Of a stretch of DNA of 42,827 nucleotides, positions 33,436-42,827 are shown one piece after another. The DNA lies in the NCBI RefSeq assembly GCF_001194135.2, contig NC_068981.1, forward strand, positions 72,060,267 through 72,103,093, written 5' to 3'. A program made the translations under genes and the position numbers. Source of the stretch: Octopus bimaculoides (taxonomy: Eukaryota). The notes under the pieces are model-generated. The model saw only the letters and a program-made list of their open reading frames with translations, made no database searches and was not told the DNA's origin. Positions within the stretch are counted from its first letter, which is position 1; each line of letters starts with the position of its first letter.

Positions 33436-35443
33436 CTATCTATAAATTTTGTTATCTCATCAAATTCACAGGGTGTCTCACAGTTTGATCGAAAGTAGCG
33501 CTGCAGCTCCGAAATTATTTTCATAAATCAACATTAAACATAGAAATGACATTTATTTTCATAAACTGTCGGTCAAATTGGCATTGGTTCTTCATGTAGA
33601 GCTAGTAGCCAAACAGTCACATCAAAATTAAGGTTCGATCAATGGATTCTTTTCCGACAGTGATACATTCTAATATCAGACTATGCTTAAGATTTAATAA
33701 AGATTTAGAACATCTCTGAAGTAACTAGAAAAAAGGAAAAAAAAAAAAAAAATGCATTCAATGTTAGCTGATAGTGAATATAAAAAAGCTGCTCTAGAAC
33801 CTCGTTTCGGATTTTAGTTTCTTAGCAGCAAGGCCAATACTAGTCACGTGTTCTGCCAAGGAAATGAAAAACTCCGGTAATTTTTATTGAATGATAATTG
33901 CCAAGTAGCAAAACACTAAGATTGTATATAAACAGTTCGTTTTATGTAGCAAATAGGTTGATCGATGGATTAATAAATGCAAATGCAGAAGAGAATACAG
34001 ACAAAATTGCACGCACATATAATGACAATTTCTTCCATTACAACAACTTGAAACTGACAGTCTTGCTTCTTGGATTATTATCGTTCTATATTCAGTTGAT
34101 GCTCTGCTTTTCTTAAAGGCGTAGAGAAACTGAATGTTAATGGCCTGAAAGCTATGAAATTATGTGCATTAAGGTATTTTTGGAACGTTTTATTATTACT
34201 TTGGTCATCTTCATTTACTGTTTGCTATATAAATATATTTGTTTTTATAGAAAATTGTAGTTTTATAGGTTGAATAGAATATAGAGAAAAGGATAACAGT
34301 TGTTTATTCAGGATAAAACCGTCGAAGAAAAATTCGTATTATAAAACTCCTGGAAAGAATTGTTTTCTTTATCTGTAAGACAAAAGCAAAACAACTGCCT
34401 TATAAACAGAATAAGAGTTAAATCAATTCAATATATGGAAATATGCGTATTGCTAATAATATATGAATGTGCAAATATGTTGTTACGAAATCCCTTCTAG
34501 TTGAATAAGATTCATAGTTGGTAATAAATGCTCGTGTATTATGATTTTAGTGTGGGAAGTAGTCATGTCCCTCCTATCACTTATATACCGAGATTGAAAC
34601 GGTTCTGGTAGATTACTGAAGCTTTCTCCATGTCCATTGAGTCAAACACTGCGAGTTACTGTAGTAAATTGTTCTGCAGTATATTTTATAGTTGAATAGA
34701 TTCGGTCATTTGAGAGTTAGATACCTTTGACGTCCCAGAGAAGAACATTGATAGTTTAAAGAGAATCTCACATATAAATCTGTACAATAAAACTAGACAT
34801 TTTGGAGAATTTTTTGCCTTGAATATTTATTTGGAATCACATATAATATTGCTGAATTCATATGGTTTCTCCTTGCTAATATGTTGAGAAGCCATCTGTT
34901 ACACTGATTACTCACAAAAAAATTTTTCCCGAAAAAGAAAAAAAACGAGGCAAGTTTTCTCTAGATACGCAGTCAATTTTTGCATGTAATTTGTACAACT
35001 GAAAGAACATCTATCTATCTACTCACACCTAGCTCCCCACCAAACATAATTATGAGTATAGGCGGGTTTCTGTTGCCTTTCGTTTTCAGTGTGTTTGTTT
35101 CACGTATTTTCTGGATTCCTATCCCATTTTAGTTGTCTTGTAGCTTGTTTTATTTTCTGTATAACCCTACTCTGCCATCATATATGGAAAAAAAACCTTG
35201 GTAAAAAAAAACAATAAAATGCCATTGTAGTCATTAATGTAACTTTTGGCCTTTTCAGTTTCATTACCTTCTGATATATTAAAAGGTAGCAAAATCACTG
35301 GTTTCAGCCATTAAACTGTAGCCATGCTGGGTCACTGTCTTCCAAGGGTTTTAGTCAATTATATCAATCCCGGTACTTGCACTGGTACTAATTTTACCGG
35401 GCCACATTTGTTGAATGATTTAAACTTTAGCAGCAAATTAACT

Positions 35444-35568
35444 CTTTAAGGTTATCTCTATAGATTCTCTGTAGAAATTATAGCCAGCATTAATTTGTTA
35501 CGGCGTTTCGAAAAAATCAGTGCGAGCAATAATTTCTGTAGAAAATCTGTAGAGATAACCTTAAAAAG
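35444..35568. repeat. Small foldback (38-40 bp arms, 47-nt loop)
   Basis: ctttaaggttatctctatagattctctgtagaaattat versus ataatttctgtagaaaatctgtagagataaccttaaaaag. Confidence 0.8.
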
Positions 35569-35989
35569 TGATGAAATAGCACTACTAACACAGTAGGACA
35601 CAGTATTGACTTATGAAGTATTTTGATATACTTTATGGTATATCATGGGTGCATAGCAAAATGCGGTGACCTTAGAAGTGATTGATAAATTAATTTTCTC
35701 CTGCGGACTAAATACATATACACAGCAGTACACTTATACACATGGATACATACATGCACACTCATTCATTCATTCGTACATACATACATATTTCGTATTA
35801 CTGTACAATTTTCGTCTACCAAATTTCACTCACACACCATCGGTAAATGCATCGGTCTTCAATGGTAGTAACTTCAACTATAGAAAACCAAACCCGAAAA
35901 CACGTGGTTGCGAAACAAACTTTTGAATTACACAGTCATCCCTGTACCTATGTAAGTGATGATAATGATAATAATAATAATAATAATCC

Positions 35990-36310
35990 AAGGCCTGAAA
36001 TTTTGTGGGTGGGTGGGACTAGTAGATTACATCGCCCCCAGTGCTCAACTGGCACTTATTTCACTGACCCGCGAAAGGATGAAAGACAAAGTCGACCTCA
36101 GCTTTGCCTTTCGTAATAATAACGATAATCCTTTCTACTATAGACAAAGCTTGAAATTTTCGGGTAGGGAGTACTTATTTCATCGACCCCGAAAGGGATA
36201 AAAATCAAAGTCAACATCGGCGGAATTTGAAATCAGATCGTAAAGACAAACGAAATGCCGTTTAGCACTTTGTCCGGAGTGCTAACGAGTTTGCCCGCTC
36301 GCACTATTAT
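35990..36310 (-). mobile_element. Two SINE family B copies (one partial) next to (TAA)n
   Basis: aaggcctgaaattttg...gaaaggatgaaagacaaagtcgacctc; second copy to gcccgctcgc. Confidence 0.8.
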
Positions 36311-36324
36311 TAATAATAAAATTA

Positions 36325-36870
36325 TTGCAGAACCACGTAGTGGCTCCCATGGCTTTTGATATTAACTGATTGGAAGAGTTATCATGTTCATATTTTGTCT
36401 TGGTGCAAAAGTTGGGTTACAGCAAATATTCTGCCCAATATCACAGATTTGCATGTCTGTTGCTTGACCTTAACCAGTTGTGCATATCCCTTAGTGGCTG
36501 ACGATATGTGCATCTCTGATCACGAGCAGGTGTAGTGGGGGATCATCATAGCCATGTGATGAAGGGAATTCTTTGGGGTTTGAATAATTTACCTTTGGAA
36601 ACATGGATGTTTCATTCATCACCCTGAAACAACCCTTATTCAGGGACCTTTTGAGCGGAATGGGTTATTCGACCTGGAGAAAAATCTGGGCGCCACCTGC
36701 AAGGTCACGTGCTGTTTATCTTGATATGAGATTACCTTGTCACGCACATATGGTTATGATGCACGTGACTGGTACACACCTTTCAGACGGGCAATAGAAA
36801 TGGGTATATTGGGCTTCATATATATTTATACTCCAGCGTCACTTTGATGGCATACGCTGCTCTCTCACTC
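36325..36870 (-). mobile_element. Non-coding GC-richer repeat inserted in (TAA)n, possibly a LINE 5' UTR
   Basis: Starts gagtgagagagcagcgtatgccatcaaagtgac on minus directly after tattattatt; resembles an octopus repeat I recall; no coding motif seen. Confidence 0.4.
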
Positions 36871-36884
36871 AATAATAATAGACC

Positions 36885-37078
36885 TTTCTATTATAGGCAC
36901 AAGACCTGATATTTTTGGGGAGGAACCAGTCGATTACATCGACTCCAGAATTCCACAGAATTTATCGACCCTGAAAGGATGAAAGGCAGAGTCGACCTCG
37001 GTAGAATTTGAACTCAGACAGGCGAAATACTGCTAAGCATTTCGCCCAGCGTGCTAACGATTCTGCCTGCTCGACACT

Positions 37079-37111
<33 letters not shown>

Positions 37112-37594
37112 TTGTTTCTGATTTAAGCACAAGGCCGGCAATTTTGAGGGTTGGGGCTAGTCGATTGCATCAACTTGACTGGTACTTCAATGTATCAACA
37201 CCGAAAGGATGAACGCTAGAGATGACCTCGGTGAGATTTGCTCAGAACGTACCGAGCCGGAAGAAATACCGCAAGGCATTTCTTCCAGTTCTTTACAGTT
37301 TCCAGTTCAAGTCTCACTGCGTTTAATTTTACCTTTCATTCTTTTAAAGTGATAAAATGAAGTACCAGTCAAAAACGGTTGTCGATGTAATTGAGTAGCT
37401 CCTCCCTTCAAAATTGCTTGCCTTGTGCCTAATTAAAAAAGATATGTGATTGGTTTGGCTAAATCGTTAGAACGTCGAAAAATATGCTTTGCAAGTATTT
37501 GTCCTGATTTTTACGTCCATGTTCGAAATCCTACCGAGGTTGACTTTGCACTTTATCTTTTCGGGGTCGATAAATTAAGTACTAATCAACTACT
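36885..37594. mobile_element. Cluster of four SINE family B copies (-, -, +, +)
   Basis: 36885-37075 (-), 37110-37270 (-), ~37285-37440 (+), ~37450-37594 (+, interrupted by SINE C). Confidence 0.75.
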
Positions 37595-37955
37595 GTATGT
37601 ATGTATGCTGGCACTCCGTCGCTTACGACGTCAAGGGTTCCAGTTGATCCAATCAACGGAACAGCCTGCTCGTGAAATTAACGTGGCTGAGCTCTCCACA
37701 GACACGTGTACTCTTAACGTAGTTCTCGGGGATATTCAGCGTGACAAGGCTGGCCCTTTGAAATACAGGTACAACAGAAACAGGAAGAAAGAGTGAGAGA
37801 AAGTTGTGGTGAAAGAGTACAGCAGGGTTCGCCACCTCGTGGAGCTTTAGGTGTTTTCGTTCAATAAACACTCACAACGTCTGGTCTGGGAATCGAAACC
37901 GCGATCCTATGATCGCGAGTCCGCTGCCCTAACCACTGGCCCATTGCGCCTCCAG
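37595..37955 (-). mobile_element. SINE family C inserted inside a SINE B copy
   Basis: Reverse complement of 9037-9417; tcaactact repeated at 37586-37594 and 37956-37964; (ATAC)n tail. Confidence 0.88.
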
Positions 37956-38029
37956 TCAACTACTAGTGTTGCTTTAATGGACTAATCTCTTCTCTTGTGC
38001 TGATATTGGAATCAGGTACAATAATATTG

Positions 38030-38190
38030 TTTCTAATTTAGGCACAAAACTCGAAATTTGGAGAGGGGCTTAGACAATTACATAAACCCTAGTACTGGAC
38101 TTGTACTGTATTTTATTGGTCCCGAAAAATGAAAAACAAAGCCAACCTCGGTGAAATAGGAACTTAGAACGTGAAGACAGACGAAATGCC
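38030..38190 (-). mobile_element. SINE family B (decayed)
   Basis: aatattgtttctaatttaggcaca...aaagccaacctcgg...aacttagaacgt..gacagacgaaatgcc. Confidence 0.7.
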
Positions 38191-38199
38191 TGACATAAC

Positions 38200-38950
38200 A
38201 GAGACAGGTCACAAAAAATGTGAAACTCTAGAATTTTACATCGAATGGAAATAAAACGACCCTATCCCTAACCACCCCACCATAAAACCTCCAAAACAAA
38301 AACAAAACCACCATATACACGAGTTCAAAAAGAAATAGGGCATCCCACAAATTCCTGAATGTTCGATTAAATAAGACAAACCACTTGTCTCTGTTACAAA
38401 ACTTGAGTGTGGAACCATTCAAACATACCAGGCTCGAAATTCTAAGCCACTTTTCAGCAAATTCAGCACTTCCCTTTCCACACTCAATTTCCGAAAGAGT
38501 TAAGGTGAAAGTATTTGCTCTAAGTTCCTACAAACTCGTCCACCATAGCCATAGGAAGGCAACAGAGTGTTTTTTTTTACGATGAGTACGGCCAGTAGCC
38601 AGGTCCGTTCGGCATGTGGTAATAGATGTCTGAGGTAACTCAACAAATCAGCAATGCTCGGAGACCTATCAATCTGCGCGCATCTCAGCCGGTGGATGGT
38701 ACTGCTATGCCTGACAAGTTTATCTCATACTAGCAACCCCAACAGCAAAACCAAGAACTTTTGAAAGTTGACCATAATCCCGGACCTGGAATTCTTCTGG
38801 AAGAGATTGCTCAGTTGCTTCTCAGTGACAAAAGTTTCCTCAGATATCGCTGAACATACTCACCACTAATCTTCTATATACTACTAGAGTAGAAGTTCTA
38901 TTGGCTGCATTACCCAGATGGAAGAAAACTGTAAGTGTTTGACGATATTT
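38200..38950 (-). mobile_element. Tx1/L1-type LINE ORF2 C-terminus and 3' UTR, decayed
   Basis: Minus strand SPSIADLLSYLRHLL...WWTSL*ELRANTF...EFAEKWLRISSLVCLNGSTL resembles post-zinc-knuckle Tx1 ORF2 ends; followed by a T/G-rich UTR. Confidence 0.5.
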
Positions 38951-39046
38951 CTGATATGAGGCGGTTGTTCATAGTCAATGTTTGTAGGATTGTAGCTCAG
39001 TCAAAGAGACGAGCTATGGGAAACGTGTCTGTTGTTGTTGTTATTA

Positions 39047-39240
39047 AGGCTGTGAGCTGGCAGAATCGTTAGTACGCCGGACAAAGTGCTTTGCGGCATT
39101 TCGTTTTGAGTCAAATTCCACTGCCTTTCATCCTTTTGGAGTCAATGAAATGAGTACGCTGAGCACAGGGGTCAATGTAATCGACTAACCCTAGTGCCTT
39201 CAAAATTTCAGGCATTGTGCTTATAGAGGAAAGGATCAAT
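39047..39240 (+). mobile_element. SINE family B
   Basis: aaggctgtgagctggcagaatcgttag...gcctttcatcc...ggggtcaatgtaatcgact. Confidence 0.82.
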
Positions 39241-39594
39241 ACCATTATTATTCGTACCTCCATACTCTTTTATAGTGTGTCTGTAAAGAGAGAATGAAGT
39301 TTTAGCATCAAAACCAACATTCGTTAAACCTGTCACCTGTGTTCCAAATGGTTTTGTTTTTTCATATCTTATCATAGATTTGCACATCGATCCGTAAACA
39401 TTTTATACAACATACCACGGTGTTTTTGATTTTGATACTGGTTTGGGGATTAAGTTGAACTGATTTTGTTGCTATTCGTACATAATGTTTTATTAAAAGA
39501 TTACATCTTACGAATGATAGATTTGATAGATGTATGAGTTCTCTCAACATATACTAAATGCATTCATTTGTAAAAAGATATTTTAATAGATATA

Positions 39595-39815
39595 TTGGTC
39601 TCAAATTTTTGGCACAAGGCCAGCACTTCCAGAGGCGGGGTGGTTAAGTCGATTACATTGACCCCAGTGCATAACTGGTACTAAATTTATCGACCCCGAA
39701 AGGGATGAAAGGCAAAGTCAACCTCGGCGGAATTAGAACTCAGAACATAAATATGGACAGAATGCCGCAATGCATTTTGCTTGGCGTGCTACCGATTCTG
39801 CCGGCTCACCGCCTT
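39595..39815 (-). mobile_element. SINE family B, full length
   Basis: atattggtctcaaatttttggcacaagg...gatgaaaggcaaagtcaacctcggcgg...gattctgccggctcaccgcctt. Confidence 0.88.
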
Positions 39816-41204
39816 TGTTTTAATAAATACATTTAATAAATTGAATGACTGAATGAATGAACCCCCACCTCTCTCTTTATCTCTCCACCCTCTTTTTTTC
39901 TCGTATTTTTAGGCATATAATTTTAAATATCCATAACTAAATAAAAAAAAAATGTTGTTGTACATTTATCCATCAATCTTACTACCAGTGAATTTATGCG
40001 TAAATGAAATATCTTAGTGTTTAAAGTGCATTATGTGACTGTCTTGGATTGATGTGGTTACAGATTTTAATTTGGAGATATGCGATCAAATGAGAGAAAA
40101 AAAAATACTGTAAACATTTACAGGTTTTTGGCCATCATCAAAAAATTCTATTTCATATAGTTTGTCGAAGGTACGATAGCCTAATAGCGCCCACCTCTCT
40201 AAGCTAGAGAATGCATTTGAAAATTACAGTTTCTAATATATTTTAATAGGAATCAAACTTCTATTATAGTCTCGGTTCACAAGGAGCCTGCTATTATTCT
40301 ATAGCGCCTGTACAGTCAAATAGATTCACTTGCTTTTATAACAGGATACAATTTTCAGTTATTGATTTCAATTTCACAATTTTGAAGGACAAAATTGTGA
40401 TGATAAATGATATTAAAAAAAAAAAGTCTTGCAAATATTCACAAGTTAAAGTAGCAGCTTTATGACTGCTGATTATTTTATTTTAATGAAACCTGTGTTT
40501 ATCTCATAAAAACTAATGAAAAATAACAACTACTACTGCTGCTGTAGTTGTAGATATCTAAAATTATTTTGAGAGCATTCTACCCTACACGATACATGTG
40601 CAAAAGAAAAAAAAAACAAAAACGAGAGAAAAGTTAATAATGTGACAAATATTTCTAATTCTAAATCCACTATTATCTAATTTATTAAAATATATCTTTC
40701 AACAGTTAAGGAAGGTGAATATATAATAAATACACCATAAAATCATTATCAATTTTCATAATCTATATAAATAGATATACAAAAAATAGACATACAAAGA
40801 CAGCTAGAGTTTAAGATTAAACCAAACATCTATTATAATAATACTCTTGTCTCATAATGATATCTATTGTCGGTTGTTTGGTCACGCCACATTATAAGGA
40901 AATATTTCCCTTTCGGCTTTCATTGATGAGTACAGTATAGCTTTACAATTACAACTAATAATTCACATCTCTTACTTTCACCTCCTACTATTATTTGTTC
41001 TCTATCACCTATTTCTACGACTACTACATCCTATTTTCAAAATTTATTTTTGAATAATACTGATTTACTATTGCTAAATAAAGGCTTCATTTTTAACATT
41101 AGAGTGTTGTCTGTCACACGACGACTAATGCTGGGAATACATTTTTTCCACTATTAATAATGCAAAGTAATGTTACTTAGGTAAAATAATTAGATATTTA
41201 TGTA

Positions 41205-41497
41205 TGTTGGTTGTGAGTTCGAATCCCGGACCGGGCTGCGTGTTGTGTTCTTGAGTAAGACACTTTATTTCACGTTGCTCCAGTTTACTCAGCTGTAGAA
41301 ATGAGTTGCGACATCACTGGTACCAAGCTGTATCGACCTTTGCCTTTCTCTTGGATAACACTGGTGGCGTGGAGCGGGGATACCGGTATGCATGGGCGAC
41401 TGCTGGTCTTCCATAAACAACCTTGCCCGGACTTGTGCCTGGGAGGGTAAGTTTCTAGGTGCAATCCCACGGTCAGTCATGACCGAAGGGGGTCTCA
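41205..41497 (+). mobile_element. SINE family E (head partly missing)
   Basis: B box GTTCGAATCC, then gtgttgtgttcttgagtaagacac...tgaccgaagggggtctc; inverse of 21787-22122. Confidence 0.85.
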
Positions 41498-42480
41498 GCA
41501 ATGAATGTTGGTTATATATAATGAGTTCATACCGAAAAAAGTAATATATCGTTCCTGCAGATAATATTGCCAGTACTATTTTATTTGATGGTTAAACAGT
41601 ATAATTGTTATTCATAACATATTTATTGCAACTATACACACGGGAAATTTGTTTAATTTAATTCACTTTAAATTTAATAAATATTTGTTTTTGAAAATTA
41701 GCATTAATTTCATTATTTTGTAAAAGCATCTTGATGTGGGAAAACTAATATTGTAATTATTGTATTTAAAAGCAACATTAATTAATAATGACCACGATGG
41801 AGGAAAAAAAAGTATATTCCCAGAATTACTTGTTACATGACAGGTAACACTCGGATAGGAACGTAATCTATGAACATAGGACTCAATATATGTTCATGAA
41901 ACAAATTATACTACAATACAAGTAATTTCTCTAGTTCATGTAGCTAACAGGAAACTGAAGCTATTAAGCCTGAATGAATTTGAAAGTATAATAGAACAAT
42001 CGCAAAACCGGACGACATTGGTCGAGTTAAAACATAATGTCAATTTAGTGTCAAGTGCTTGATGTAATGCTAACAATAGAAATTGTCAAGGCTGCGCAAT
42101 TGATTAATAATATATTTAACAGTAGTCCGAGGTGTTCGTTTATATTCGTAAAACGTTGATCAAAATGTATGAATTTATAGCAGATTTTATAAAATGATTC
42201 CGACACAGCCTAGTATCAATTTCATCAATTTACTCGTTGTTGTATATTATTTTCTATCTTTTGATTTTTTTTATGCAAACAGCAAATTTTAATTTTTTTT
42301 CAACATGCATATGAATAAAATATCTGACATTTTTTCTATGTTAATTTGAAAATGTTTCCGAAACAAAACCACGAATCTATGTAAATGATGTAATTATGCA
42401 ATTACATCCTTCATAGATATACATACACATACAAACGCAAATCCAGTGCTTTAATGTGAATCTATTGATGTTAAGTAGAC

Positions 42481-42580
42481 AAGGGCCCGGGAACAGGGGG
42501 TGCACCCGCACCCCCTAGAATTTTCAGGGGGTGCAAGATCAAAATTTGCTCCCCCTACATAATCTTACCAGCTGCAGAAA
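42481..42580 (+). mobile_element. Possible left end of a hAT-like non-autonomous element
   Basis: GC-rich island agggcccgggaacagggggtgc with hairpin gcaccccct-9nt-agggggtgc; partner end not seen. Confidence 0.3.
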
Positions 42581-42827
42581 AAAAGTGTCTAAAATCTATC
42601 GGTATAAAATGGTTAAGTTCGATCTCGTTTCAAAACAAAGAAAAAAAATATATATAAATAAATAAAAGTGATGAAGCTAGCATAAAATTCCCTAGGGAGT
42701 TTAGGAGCACTAACTTCTGAAGGCAAGTAGCGTCAAAATACAAAAAAGTAAGTGACAATAACAACAGTAGCAGCAACAATAACAACAACAAAACCAGCAT
42801 GTATGGTTAATTTTGAATGTATAGCAT

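Overview
AT-rich, microsatellite- and SINE-dense eukaryotic genomic DNA, most likely from an octopus. This is inferred from the recurring tRNA-derived SINE families, the (TA)n/(TAA)n/(GAT)n density and the LINE types, not from a database hit. There is one intact protein-coding gene: a single-exon 650-aa COQ8/ADCK3-family atypical kinase (18316-20268, +). The rest is layered transposon debris: at least five SINE-like families (labelled A-E here, in-window labels only), remnants of CR1/L2, RTE, Tx1/L1, R4/Dong-like and Hero-like LINEs, mariner, piggyBac-like, Tigger-like and Mutator-like DNA elements, and two assembly gaps. Most short ORFs in the supplied track are microsatellite or SINE read-through. 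The most notable points are the intronless COQ8 (possible retrogene), a Mutator-like MITE with a 9-bp TSD just upstream of it, a (CCCTAA)4 telomeric insert inside a SINE, a ~173-bp ~95% inverted repeat, and a CpG-decay pattern hinting at an unannotated gene body to the left of the COQ8 promoter. I found no multi-gene novel system. Repeat boundaries are approximate and protein-family calls for decayed fragments rest on recalled motifs.
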